Positions 43,215 to 54,382 of a DNA stretch of 64,000 nt are shown here, piece after piece; the stretch's first letter is position 1; every line of letters begins with the position of its first letter. Source of the DNA: Meyerozyma guilliermondii. Lineage: Eukaryota. Position numbers and translations under genes: made by a program. Below the pieces are notes generated by a model. It did no database searches. It was not told where the DNA came from and saw only the letters and a list, made by a program, of their open reading frames with translations. The stretch lies in contig CP128820.1 in the NCBI GenBank assembly GCA_051546255.1, positions 186,001 to 250,000 of the forward strand, read 5' to 3'.

Positions 43215-43823
43215 ATGGCTATTGCAAAGAACTTACCATTGTTGAAGAACCACTTCAGAAAGCACTGGCAAGAAAGAGTGAAGGTTCACTTCGACCAGGC
43301 CGGAAAGAAGGCTTCCAGAAGACAATCGAGATTGGCCAAGGCTGCTAAGATCGCCCCAAGACCTCTCGACAGCTTGAGACCTGTGGTTAGAGCACCAACG
43401 ATCAAATACAACAGAAAGGTCAGAGCCGGTAGAGGATTCACCTTGACCGAGTTGAAGGCTGTTGGTTTGACCCCAAAGTACGCTAGAACCGTTGGCATTT
43501 CTGTTGACCACAGAAGACAAAACAGAAGTCAAGAGACTTTCGAGACCAACGTTGCCAGATTGAAAGAGTACTTGAGCAAGTTGGTTGTCTTTGACAAGAA
43601 GACCAAGGCTTCTGAGGCTACTCAGCATGAGCAAATTTCTGTTGCTGCCACCTTCCCTATCGAACAGGCTGCTCCCGAATCTGCTCCAAGAGCCGTTGAG
43701 AAGACCGAAGAGTCTGCTTACAGAACCTTAAGATTGGCCAGATCTGACAAGAAGTACAAGGGTATCAGAGAGAAGCGTGCCAAGGAGAAGGCCGAGGCTG
43801 AAGCTGACAAGAAGAAGAAATAA
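43215..43823 (+). CDS. RPL13: 60S ribosomal protein eL13
   Basis: [38 protein letters not shown]; no intron within the CDS. Confidence 0.98.
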   Translation: MAIAKNLPLLKNHFRKHWQERVKVHFDQAGKKASRRQSRLAKAAKIAPRPLDSLRPVVRAPTIKYNRKVRAGRGFTLTELKAVGLTPKYARTVGISVDHRRQNRSQETFETNVARLKEYLSKLVVFDKKTKASEATQHEQISVAATFPIEQAAPESAPRAVEKTEESAYRTLRLARSDKKYKGIREKRAKEKAEAEADKKKK

Positions 43824-44050
43824 ACTATCTAGTCTAATATCATGTAACTCAAGAACTGGACAAAAGCTGTAGGGACCATGCTCAAAGTGACAGGGCCACT
43901 AGTTATGGTGACTTAATGCCTGCAATATGAACCTAGTTCTATGCCAATTCTTCACTTTACCAGTACTTCGAATCTTTAACTGCTCTAGGACCTTAACCTT
44001 TTCATCTGTACTTTTCTACACTGCGTACTAGCATCCGTTTATTACATGAT

Positions 44051-44371
44051 CTAATCGAACAATCCGAAACCCATGTCGTCATCAGACTCCTCCTTCTCTT
44101 CTTCCTTCTTCTCTTCAGCAGCAGCTTCTTCGGTAGCACCTCCAGCAGCGGCAGCAGCAGGGGCAGAACCAGCAGCAGGAGCAGCTTGGATGTTGAAAAG
44201 GTAGTCCTTAGGGTCCTTACCCTCCAAAGCACCAGCAAAAATATCAGCCCAGATGGACTCGACCTCAACGTTGGCCTTGGTGACCAACTGGAACAATTTT
44301 TCCGAGGAGATTTCGATATCGGAATCGGCCAAAATCAAGGCAGCATAGGACAATGCGGATTCAACTGACAT
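44051..44371 (-). CDS. RPP1A: 60S acidic ribosomal protein P1
   Basis: [12 protein letters not shown], Ala-rich hinge, [13 protein letters not shown]. Confidence 0.95.
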   Translation of the reverse strand: MSVESALSYAALILADSDIEISSEKLFQLVTKANVEVESIWADIFAGALEGKDPKDYLFNIQAAPAAGSAPAAAAAGGATEEAAAEEKKEEEKEESDDDMGFGLFD

Positions 44372-44571
44372 TCTAACTAGAGATAATCAATTTAAGCTCA
44401 AGTTTGCAGACTATTCTTAGTTACGATGAGTTTGAAAAGTTTGAAATTTTCTCGACGGCGCGCGCACCCAGGGCGCTGCCCCGATAGTTGACACGTGATC
44501 GCCCGTATACAGTTCCCATAGTCCCGTTGTTGTAAATGGTGCTAACTGTAATGTTTGCTATCGTTTATTCA

Positions 44572-46245
44572 TTATAATCCGTCTCTAATAGCACAGTACT
44601 GGATATACCATGGTTTTGTCCAGACCCTAATTCTCTTTCCGTAGTAGATGAATATACCTGCTGACATCATAATGATAAATTCAATCACCGCCAAGATAAT
44701 AAAAGTGTGAGTATTCCCCATAGCATCTAGCCAAGGAGAGCAAGCGAAAGTAAAGATACAGCCACACATATTGTTAATGACAGCAACACCACACATCATC
44801 TCAATGACCATTTCTGGATAAGCATCCATCAAATATGACATGGAAACATCACCAGAAGCACCAAAGCCCAAACCAATGAAGCCCAATCCAACGTATGTAG
44901 GAACCCAATTCCAAACCTGATCTGTTCCTACTGCAAATAATATAAGTCCAATGGGAGCAATGATTCCAGGAATGAAGAGAAACCACAATCTGAATTCTGC
45001 TTCTTGTATACCACCATTCTTTTTGGCCAACCAAATAGAGAACCAATCACTAACAATACCGGCGTATACACATCCGATAATTGCACCGATTAAGCATGGT
45101 ACGTTCATAAGAGCAACTCCCACATCTCCATAATTATAAGGTGGGTCGTAGTATTGATCGTCCTCCACTGTGAGGTAGAAAGTGAGTAAGGCATCTTGGA
45201 AACCCCACACAAGTCCAGAGTAAATCACAGGAGGATAAAGAAAGACCTTGAACAGGTGAGCCAACTGACGAATATACTGACGGAACCCAGTTCCACGTAA
45301 GTTTTCGGCAGGAGTGATGAGTTTAATTCGTTGCCAATATGATTTTCGAACATTATCGGCAACCTCTACCGAGTCTTCATAATCCACAGATATGCGCTTT
45401 TCGGAGAACGGAGATTTTTGTGCCACGAGTGCATCGTGTGCCTGTTTCTCTTCGACCATATGTGATGGATTTATATGGCTCTTACGGTCATATACGGTTT
45501 CGTCCGCACCAAAGACAATCACCGTTAACAAGCCGGTGGAAATAAATACGGCAATCCAGCCAACCCAACGAAATCCGACATACTCCACAATAAATCCTGC
45601 AATCAAAGGACCAAGGTAGGTACCCACCGAGGTAGCCAAGATATAAATTGTCAATACTGTACCCAATTGATGTTGAAAGTACATGTCACTTAACGACAAT
45701 TGAACCTGAGCTTCAGCACAGCTTTCTGAGATACCAACAAACAATTGTGACCATATGGTGTCTGTGGTATCTTTACTAAGAGCAAACCATACTGCTCCCA
45801 AAAGTCCGAGAAATATACAGATCAAGTAGGTAATTTTTCTACCGTACAAGTTGGCACAAGGAGCTAAGAAGATGGTTCCCCATCCAATACCAATGAACAA
45901 CACACCGGCGCCGGTGTTCATGGAGTCGTAAGTAATGCCGTAGAGTTGGTTCAATGAGTCTTGAATTGCGCCAGCATCGTTTGAAGTAGCAGCAGTGAAT
46001 CCTGTAATAAAAGCAAGAACGGCAAGATTCCACAATTTTCTTAGTCTGCTCCAGTTAAGTGGATCATTTGGAGAGTCCGAAGGTTGAGGAACGAGAATAA
46101 TGTTGCCGGAAGTCTTGAGATTTCGGTCTTGAGTTCGGGAATGTTTGACACTTAATTCATTATCATCCTTGATTTCAAACGCATAGATATTGAGGGTACC
46201 AGGGATGTACGAGTCCTCGTTAACAGAATCGAAATCAGGATCCAT
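44572..46245 (-). CDS. HOL1: HOL1-family MFS transporter
   Basis: PQPSDSPNDPLNWS, TAATSNDAG, SESCAEAQVQLSL, GGIQEAEFRL, YLMDAYPE; first ATG at 46245. Confidence 0.85.
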   Translation of the reverse strand: MDPDFDSVNEDSYIPGTLNIYAFEIKDDNELSVKHSRTQDRNLKTSGNIILVPQPSDSPNDPLNWSRLRKLWNLAVLAFITGFTAATSNDAGAIQDSLNQLYGITYDSMNTGAGVLFIGIGWGTIFLAPCANLYGRKITYLICIFLGLLGAVWFALSKDTTDTIWSQLFVGISESCAEAQVQLSLSDMYFQHQLGTVLTIYILATSVGTYLGPLIAGFIVEYVGFRWVGWIAVFISTGLLTVIVFGADETVYDRKSHINPSHMVEEKQAHDALVAQKSPFSEKRISVDYEDSVEVADNVRKSYWQRIKLITPAENLRGTGFRQYIRQLAHLFKVFLYPPVIYSGLVWGFQDALLTFYLTVEDDQYYDPPYNYGDVGVALMNVPCLIGAIIGCVYAGIVSDWFSIWLAKKNGGIQEAEFRLWFLFIPGIIAPIGLILFAVGTDQVWNWVPTYVGLGFIGLGFGASGDVSMSYLMDAYPEMVIEMMCGVAVINNMCGCIFTFACSPWLDAMGNTHTFIILAVIEFIIMMSAGIFIYYGKRIRVWTKPWYIQYCAIRDGL

Positions 46246-48215
46246 TTCCCTTGGTGTTTCAAGTGTCACCGCCAGTATATATTTCCCACCTCGAAATCGA
46301 CGAACGCTTCTGCCTTCCAAATAAAGATAAGGTGCGGCTCACGAAAGACGATAAGGGTTGGGGATCGGCTTCCGGGCGGGGTCGTTCATGGAGCAGAAAG
46401 GGCTGAGAAACCTCGTATAGTATTAGGTGGTCATGGAGGGCTGTGCCCAGGAACCTTAGCGGCCAAAACTGTACGGAAGACGTCAAAATTGTAGACTCAC
46501 ACGAGATGTCAAACCTGTCAAATGTGTCAAGTTGCGTGCGAATTCGGCTAACAAAAAGCAGGGTCAGGATATGCGGAAGTTCAGCAACTACCAAGTACAG
46601 ATGACAACAATTACTGGAAGACAAACAATTATTTTGCTCCTTGGAAAGACCAAGTTATACTGTGAAGATCGAATATCAAATCGTAACCCGCACTAAATCA
46701 AGAAAGTGTATGCGATGATTATCTCATGTAAAGGTGGCTGCAACGACCAACAATGGCACTTAAGACCCAAAGCTGACGCGGCTCAGCGATACCCCAGATC
46801 ATACGCGATAGGCGCTCGCCTTTTGACAAGCGGCAGTACCTGTGTGCACGTAATCAATCGCGGCTTGGAGGAAAAAGGTGGATCAGGATGGTATCGGTGA
46901 ATGTCGGTATGCGTTAGTATTGAACATGTGATGCAGATATTAAGTTAGCAGTAATTGTGAGCCATACAAGATTGGTCAACTTGTCAAACAGTGCAATGTT
47001 TACATGGTACTGAGTAATCAAATGAAACTAATGTCACGTTGGTGTTACAGTGTCACATTATTGTATAGTGTCACATTAGTATAACGTAACAGTACTGAGT
47101 TTCACCAAAGCTTGTAAACCTTGAACGATTAGGCACTGAAATGAACATTTACGAAAGTTTGTTTAAGCTAGTCGTTTCAATTAGTTGCAAGTAATTGGTG
47201 CACTGGTGCAGCGATTGCAACCATCATCCTGCAAACCAGCCGCTGTGCGGACAACCGAAACAGTTGCGGGGGACAATAGTTATTGCCGGATCCAGAAATC
47301 AATGACCATCATCCCAGCGCCAAGGTGGTTGCACTCGGCTACCACCGAGTCTAGCAGCACCTTGCAGTGTTCTACATGGCGATGAAACACCGTCGGGAGG
47401 TTCGGATACCACAATGGTAATATTGTGGAAACGTGCGATAAGCCTATCCCTAATGTTCCCGGTACGGAACCTCTCCTACCGTATACGGACGGGTGCGATG
47501 GTTAGTACGCAGGCGAAAATGAGCAAGCAAGGATTAATTTTCTGTGCTCATACCACGAAAAATAAAACCGCGTCCTGCAGTGATGAAAAGGGGGGAGATA
47601 ACTGAATCGGGTGCCGGATAAATTATGTCGCAAAGTTAGACGGGAAATATCCACCTATTCCGCAATGATTTCCAAGTTGAGTAGAGGAAGCAAACCCCAC
47701 AATAGATTTCATTTGCGGCACTGTTACTCCACACAATAGTAAGGGATATGCAACCGGGCACCCATAGTTGAGCAATTCCTGCATTCTTACTACAATGTAT
47801 AAAATTTGTGTCAAAAGGGTTCGGCGCCGGAATCCGCGACAAAATTATATGCATTCGAAAGAATCCCTTACCATATACCAAGCCACCAAAGTACCACGTT
47901 TCTGTCCTAATACTAGGCAAAAGACACCAAATCAAACCCCTTTGAATCAAGTTCTCCACTATACAAGTACCATGTTCCATAACCAAGGTTCTTTGTTCTT
48001 AGTGCATCTGTACCCACCCAGGCTCGTAATCTGAGCCGTTCCACATTTGCGCCGCAAAGGCGTGGCCGCGAATCCTCTATTGCAGGGGCGCGTGTGGTTC
48101 TATTAAAAGCGCTCAGGAGCACCAGAGTACATAATCCTACTTGCATTCTTTTTATAGAAAGGATATAAGTTTGCTTTGGTCGGGTTTTTCCTTTTTCCAA
48201 TTTTTCGAACCCATC

Positions 48216-49442
48216 ATGCTTCCATACTTCTTTATGATGGCAGCAACATTTGCGGCCGCGATAACTCGCCGAGGCCTCAATTGGGATTATGATAACGACA
48301 AAATACGAGGTGTAAACCTTGGTGGCTGGTTTGTCCTCGAACCATATATCACCCCATCATTATTTGATGTTTTTGGTTCCAATATCCCAGTGGATGAGTA
48401 CCACTATTGTCAGCAACTAGGCAAGCAAGTGTGCCAAGAAAGACTCGAAACTCACTGGAAAACTTGGTACACGGAAGACGACTTCAAATCTATCAAAGAT
48501 GCTGGTCTCAATGCCGTAAGAATCCCCATTGGATATTGGGCATATGAACTTTTGGACAATGATCCTTACGTCCAGGGCCAAGACAAATACTTGGAACAGG
48601 CATTGGAGTGGTGTAGAAATAACGATCTTAAGGCATGGATCGACTTGCACGGTGCTCCTGGATCACAAAATGGGTTTGATAACTCGGGACTTCGTGGTCA
48701 AGTTCAATTCCAATGGGGCAACAATGTCCAGGTGACTCTTGATGCCTTGAACAAAATCTTCAAAAAGTACGGTGGATCCGATTACGAGGACGTTGTCATT
48801 GGAATTGAGGCCCTCAACGAACCCTTGGGTCCTAGTCTTGACATGAACAAACTCAAAGACTTTATTAATCAAGCATACTCAAACCTTCGTGACACAGGAT
48901 CTGTACAGGCATTGGTTGTGCAGGACGCATTCCAGTCAAATACTTACTGGAATGATCAATTGCAAACCCCCAATGCTTGGAATGTGGTAATTGACCACCA
49001 TCACTATCAGGTATTTTCTCCTTCACAACTCCAGACTTCAAACAAGGACAGAATAAACAACGCCTGTATGTGGGGCTGGAGCCTGAAGGAAGAGTCCCAC
49101 TGGAATGTGGCTGGCGAATGGTCGGCTGCGTTAACAGATTGTGCTAGGTGGCTCAATGGTGTTGGCCGTGGTGCCAGATGGTCAGGAAACTACGATAACA
49201 GTCCATACATTGGCTCATGTGACCCATATACCGACGTTGCCAATTGGCCCAGTGATTACAGAACCGATGTCCGCAAATATATCGAGGCTCAATTGGATGC
49301 ATTCGAAGTTGCTGCCGGATGGTTTTTCTGGAATTGGAAATGTGAAGATGCCATCGAATGGGACTTTAAGCGGTTGACAGCTGCTGGGGTATTTCCAAGT
49401 CCTGTCACCGAAAGAACCTATCCCAACCAATGTAAATTCTAG
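48216..49442 (+). CDS. EXG1: Secreted exo-1,3-beta-glucanase (GH5)
   Basis: Signal peptide and Kex2-type RR site; [50 protein letters not shown]. Confidence 0.96.
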   Translation: MLPYFFMMAATFAAAITRRGLNWDYDNDKIRGVNLGGWFVLEPYITPSLFDVFGSNIPVDEYHYCQQLGKQVCQERLETHWKTWYTEDDFKSIKDAGLNAVRIPIGYWAYELLDNDPYVQGQDKYLEQALEWCRNNDLKAWIDLHGAPGSQNGFDNSGLRGQVQFQWGNNVQVTLDALNKIFKKYGGSDYEDVVIGIEALNEPLGPSLDMNKLKDFINQAYSNLRDTGSVQALVVQDAFQSNTYWNDQLQTPNAWNVVIDHHHYQVFSPSQLQTSNKDRINNACMWGWSLKEESHWNVAGEWSAALTDCARWLNGVGRGARWSGNYDNSPYIGSCDPYTDVANWPSDYRTDVRKYIEAQLDAFEVAAGWFFWNWKCEDAIEWDFKRLTAAGVFPSPVTERTYPNQCKF

Positions 49443-49732
49443 TCATTGTAATACTCATGTTTGCTTATAGCTCAAAACGTTTTCGGTAGTATTCACTATT
49501 TTTTTAGATATTTCAGTTTGTTCAATTTACACCACAAAAACTTAACGAATTATACACCGCAACAGGTTGAATAGACTACACACTTTCCTTCTTATTAATC
49601 TTTACAAACTTTGGTTTTTAGTTCTTAATAACGTATTGTAATATTACATGTATTCAGTATAATCTAGTGGGTATCAAATTTTGCCAAATTTCGTCAAATT
49701 GTAACATTTGCATTTTATCATCTTCTTGTATC

Positions 49733-51124
49733 TCACACCTTGAGCTGTTGAACCTTTGGATTCTGTTCCAACAACTCTCCATTAGGTCCAATCTGTGCAC
49801 CAAGCACACTGGTAACAGCAGTGAGAATAATATCACCAATTGAGTTCACAGCTCCTGGGTACAAATTGTTAGTCTTCCTCACTGTTCTTGTACAGCCTTC
49901 CACAGGTTTTGCACCATTAAACATCTTCTTGACCCAAGCAAATCCGGCTGGTGAACCCTGCCAAACTTCACTGATATGACCAGCTGTTTGGTCCACTGCA
50001 AATTCAAAAGACTTGATGCCCCAATTGCACCAGTTTGTGTATCCACGCTGGGCATCTTTGAAAGGAACAATTGTATCGACTTCACCATGGTATACAAAGA
50101 TAGGAATATCAGGAATGGGGTCGCCTTTGTGTAAGGCAAGTGTATTATTGGCGACGACGCTTTGAACCAAGGGAATGTCAAAGAGTCCCCATCCGTTGGT
50201 GAACACCTTATTAGGACCAGTGAAGTAACGTTTGAACATAAAGTGAATGATACTATCGAGCATGCATACACTTTGAGCAGTTTGCAAGACCTTGGGTCCT
50301 TCAGAGGTGGTGTAGGTGCCTAACAAAGTACTCAATTCTGGGTACTCATTGACCAAACCTCCCAAAGCACTGGCTGTCAATCCGGCGAAAAGAGTACCCT
50401 CAACACCCTCAGCAGTAGCAGTGATGTTGGTGACCCAACCACCCATTGCAGCGCCCAAAAGTTGACCCTTGAGTTCTGGGGCATATTCTGGCTGCAAAGA
50501 TGCGGCCCAACCAGTTGCAATGGTTCCTCCAGAGTATCCCCACATCACCACCTTGGCATCAGAGTCGACACCAGTGATGTTGCTGGACTTTAAAGCACCA
50601 CGAATACTGTTCAAGGTGGCCTGACCCGATTGACGTCCAGCAGTAAACGTTGCCTTCATACCTTCATAATCAGGACTGACAACATACCAACCTTCTTGGA
50701 GTGCTGGTTGGATCAAGAGCATTTCGGCCTCGGTAGTGATGGTCTTTTGGCTGGCAAGGTACTGGAAAGCATACGAAGGAGCACAATCGGGACTTCCAGA
50801 GTCCTCTGCAGTTTGGTATGAAAGCAATTTGGATGAGTCGGCATTATATGGTTTAATAACGGTTGCAACCACCGCGTTGGGTTCACCAAAAGAGTCCTCA
50901 GAACGAACCAAAATCTGCCATGAATCCTCAACGTTTACCTTGAGGAACATACTCCGTAATGGGAACGGTGTCTTTCTTATCTTCAAAATGGATCCATTAG
51001 GTTTACTCTCAAAACCATCTGGTGCTTTGTAAAAGTCATCTTTGGAAGGAACTGAGGGACCAATTTGTAATGCGAAAACCGAAGCGATAAAGGAAAAGAA
51101 TGTGAGTGCTGTAAGGCAACGCAT
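49733..51124 (-). CDS. Secreted lipase, Candida LIP family
   Basis: Signal peptide; PSKDDFY, SYQTAEDS, PDYEG, nucleophile GYSGG, YAPEL, DTIVP. Confidence 0.93.
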   Translation of the reverse strand: MRCLTALTFFSFIASVFALQIGPSVPSKDDFYKAPDGFESKPNGSILKIRKTPFPLRSMFLKVNVEDSWQILVRSEDSFGEPNAVVATVIKPYNADSSKLLSYQTAEDSGSPDCAPSYAFQYLASQKTITTEAEMLLIQPALQEGWYVVSPDYEGMKATFTAGRQSGQATLNSIRGALKSSNITGVDSDAKVVMWGYSGGTIATGWAASLQPEYAPELKGQLLGAAMGGWVTNITATAEGVEGTLFAGLTASALGGLVNEYPELSTLLGTYTTSEGPKVLQTAQSVCMLDSIIHFMFKRYFTGPNKVFTNGWGLFDIPLVQSVVANNTLALHKGDPIPDIPIFVYHGEVDTIVPFKDAQRGYTNWCNWGIKSFEFAVDQTAGHISEVWQGSPAGFAWVKKMFNGAKPVEGCTRTVRKTNNLYPGAVNSIGDIILTAVTSVLGAQIGPNGELLEQNPKVQQLKV

Positions 51125-51998
51125 TACTATGTGACACTTGATGTCATTTCAAGGTCTTTATATCTTGACTTTTAAGAAAAACACATCGATACAAAAACTT
51201 TCCTAATTTTGACATCAGTTTAGCCCCCTCTACTGCCTTGCAGCTACATTCCCGGGGACATTACTTCTATGTCCGCACACTTGCATTCTTCTCCAAATCC
51301 ATATGCCATTTTTGGCTACTTTTTTACATTGTGCAGCAACGTGCATGGTCGCACGCTTGAAGTATTCCCCTCATTGTATACGCTTGTCCTCGGTTACAAG
51401 GTAGAAGTGAGTGTCATAACTCAAGATCTGAGACTGAAAAGTGGTGATTATTGTTCTTGACAGCTGTGGTTACCTCCTCGGTGATTTCGGCTAGTCAATT
51501 GCAAAACTTGCAGCCAAATCGATGCCCAGAATAATCACAAATCCGATGATGCAGGAGAGCGCTGCACGAAGATTATCAGGTGCTTGACACAAGAGGACCG
51601 CGCCAAATGGGGCAGGAAGCCTCTTGGCGTTTCGGAACGCGCCCTAAATTTAGAGAGACATCAAGAATAGACAAAATCATGACGATCCCGTAAAACACAA
51701 TGCGGCAAAATTAATACGCGATTGTTGACATCCGGCTACGATTACCATACAATAACCATCCAACGTTTCTTGCATGGAAAAATATCACATCAATGGCACA
51801 TGTTACCTCGGTACATTGCATTCTTATTTCTGCAATATCTCTCTAGTCCCCTCTGGTTCACATTTCTTACTAGTCTTCATCTCCATTATGCAGGACTCGA
51901 TCTTGAGAATTCTCATCGCAGCTCAAATGGCTCCGGTGTGTGTCATTAAGATCTAACTCAACTTCAAATTTTTGTTAGGCACGGTGGTAGGATTTTCC

Positions 51999-53762
51999 AT
52001 GTTTCGGTTAGCGTTGCGTTCAGGAAACGTCTTGCGTCGCGATGCAGGCATCAACATATTCAGATCCGTGTATAATCCTCGGTGGAGTAAACCAATTCTG
52101 ACCAAGTTGCAACCATTGACACGAATAAATGCCTTTCCACACAAAATGGCTCCATTGCGATTGTACTCCACCAATAGTGAGAAGGAACAGCAATCAAAAT
52201 TGCCCCCGAAACCCACACAACCACAGCGATCTCCGCGTGTAACCAAAGAGCAACTTCTTGCCTCTGCCAATAATTTTATCAGTCGATTGGGAATACGAAT
52301 AAAGTGGCTCATGAAAAAGTCGAACCGGCCATTCAATACAGACGACTACTCTGCCATGTTTTCCTGGCTCGTTATGGGCAATGCATTACTATTTATTTTG
52401 GGAACTACGACGTTTTTCCTGTTGGTGATTCTCACATTCAATACTGTATTTGCCCAGGAATTTGTGGCTCGAAAATTGGGTGAGTTTATTACCAAAAACT
52501 CAAACTTGACTGTCACGTTCGAAAGTGCCATAGTTCCTGGCTGGTCCGATGGTAAGATCAGTTTCAGAAAATGCTTTGTGAGTAGACGACCCCGAGCTAC
52601 ACGCAAGTTCACCAAAGGCCGCCAAGCGGAAGCATACGCCCTCTCAATGCAACATACAGAAGCAGAGGAAGACAGCGAAGTTGATGATGGCAATTATACT
52701 CAATTTGATCTAACAATAGAGGAGGTGAACGTCTCTTTATCGTTCAAAAAATGGTTAAATGGCACGGGAATCATAGAAACGATGGAAATAAAGGGACTCC
52801 GCGGAGTGGTGGATCGAAATCATGTCCATTGGGATCCCGATGACGATGCCACAAACTATAAAAATGTCCACCGTCAGGGAGATTTTGAAATCGAGGACTT
52901 TAAAATGGAAGACGTTTTACTCAAATTAATGCAACCAAACAGTTTCCGGCATTTTGATGTTGCCATTTACAATTGTGAATTGTCCAAATTACGCAAGCAC
53001 TGGTTATTTTATGATTTTATCAACGCCAACAACATGAGTGGATCTTATGACAATTCGCTCTTCACTGTACATAAAAAGCAAAGGCTTGATGATTTCAGCA
53101 GCGGCCAAGATGACTTGTCACAAACGTGGAAGAGGGTGACGAGAATAAGGATTGATTCCTTGAACATTGACCACCTTAATACGGGACTTTCTGGACCATT
53201 TGGATGGATTACTAGTGGAAGAGTTGACATGTTTGGTGACATAATGTTACCTCAAGACAACAAAGACATCAATATGAGCGAACTTGTTGGGATCATCGCG
53301 GAGCTGATCAAAAAGGAAGCCACCCGGTATAGGAATCCTGAGGTTAAACCAAGACCAGACCATCATCTGAAGCTCTCGCAAGATTATGACGATATACAAA
53401 AATTCTTTGTGTTGGATTTGACCATAAGACTCAATAACGTGCGGGCAAAGGTACCGTTCCAAACGCCTGAACTTTCCTATATCAACTATGCATTGATACG
53501 ACCCATCGTGGCCTACATCAATTCAAAGAATACTCTGATTGAAGTCAAGAGCCGAGTGGTGAAAAACATTGACGATTTCGAAGGATCTTGGACAGTTTAC
53601 GATTCACTTTTGATGGACGATATCTCGGAAGAAGTATACGACAGTTTTGTCGACTATGTTGCCGACGAAGAGGCCCGGCTCATGAGGATGAGGAAAGTTG
53701 GGTTCTGGTCAATCCAACTTCTTTTCCAGCTTATCGTGTTTGGTCTCGGTGCCATTGCTTGA
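51999..53762 (+). CDS. MDM31: Mitochondrial inner membrane protein Mdm31/Mdm32 family
   Basis: RPFNTDD, FESAIVPGW, YTQFDLTI, KGLRGVVDR, LRKHWLFYDF, GPFGWI, VGFWSIQ; first ATG at 51999. Confidence 0.93.
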   Translation: MFRLALRSGNVLRRDAGINIFRSVYNPRWSKPILTKLQPLTRINAFPHKMAPLRLYSTNSEKEQQSKLPPKPTQPQRSPRVTKEQLLASANNFISRLGIRIKWLMKKSNRPFNTDDYSAMFSWLVMGNALLFILGTTTFFLLVILTFNTVFAQEFVARKLGEFITKNSNLTVTFESAIVPGWSDGKISFRKCFVSRRPRATRKFTKGRQAEAYALSMQHTEAEEDSEVDDGNYTQFDLTIEEVNVSLSFKKWLNGTGIIETMEIKGLRGVVDRNHVHWDPDDDATNYKNVHRQGDFEIEDFKMEDVLLKLMQPNSFRHFDVAIYNCELSKLRKHWLFYDFINANNMSGSYDNSLFTVHKKQRLDDFSSGQDDLSQTWKRVTRIRIDSLNIDHLNTGLSGPFGWITSGRVDMFGDIMLPQDNKDINMSELVGIIAELIKKEATRYRNPEVKPRPDHHLKLSQDYDDIQKFFVLDLTIRLNNVRAKVPFQTPELSYINYALIRPIVAYINSKNTLIEVKSRVVKNIDDFEGSWTVYDSLLMDDISEEVYDSFVDYVADEEARLMRMRKVGFWSIQLLFQLIVFGLGAIA

Positions 53763-53763
53763 A

Positions 53764-54156
53764 TTAGAGACGTATGATCAATACGAATATAGCAATATAG
53801 CTCGCAAGACTGATACTCGTTAAGAGAAGCACCGAATTTCCAGCTGACATATAGACGTCCATGTCCTTCTTTGGGTTGTAGAAAATATCAACAGAAGCCG
53901 ACTTGACGAGGCCCAAAAAATAAAGAATGCTTCCGTACGCAGTGTAAACAACACCAATCGGTAAAAACTCGGTAGAAAAAAGCTTGATCACAAGAATTGC
54001 AAACGAAAGACACCCAAGAGCAGTTCGGGTATAGGCACCTTCATAAGTTCTTTGATGAGCTCTCACATCCAATTTTCTATCTTTGGTAAGGACATCGAGT
54101 CGAGAAGGCTGTCTTTCAGGAAGCAATCTTTCCTGAGAGGATCTTTGTGTGCTCAT
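53764..54156 (-). CDS. Small three-TM DUF202-like membrane protein
   Basis: RAHQRTYEGAYTRTAL followed by three hydrophobic segments. Confidence 0.7.
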   Translation of the reverse strand: MSTQRSSQERLLPERQPSRLDVLTKDRKLDVRAHQRTYEGAYTRTALGCLSFAILVIKLFSTEFLPIGVVYTAYGSILYFLGLVKSASVDIFYNPKKDMDVYMSAGNSVLLLTSISLASYIAIFVLIIRL

Positions 54157-54269
54157 GGCAATTTGTTGTGGACTCCTGAAGACTGCACAAGTTGAAATTG
54201 AGAATTGAGTGAGAAATGAAATACTTGAGAATTGATCAGGGAATAAACCAAAGTCACATACCCAACCAT

Positions 54270-54308
54270 AACCGTCTGAAACTGTTTGAACTGTTTGAAA
54301 CCGTTGAA
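54270..54308 (+). repeat. Degenerate 9-10 bp tandem repeat, four units
   Basis: aaccgtctga aactgtttg aactgtttga aaccgttga. Confidence 0.6.
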
Positions 54309-54382
54309 TCCTGAAATCTCGTCATTAAAATCCACTAGAAACAAGTTTATCCAAACTCTTCCATTTTTCATCATAGCATATC

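Noticed and set aside
46339..46434. uORFs upstream of the HOL1-like gene (MTT*, MNDPARKPIPNPYRLS*)
   Set aside because: Neither ends in the Pro-Ser-stop of the known HOL1 regulatory uORF, and both lie upstream of the likely TATA box.
54176..54269. Possible first exon and intron of the DUF202 gene (ATGGTTGG|GTATGT ... TTCAG, in frame)
   Set aside because: No CTAAC-type branch point near the acceptor, unlike the real introns here; the in-frame join may be chance.
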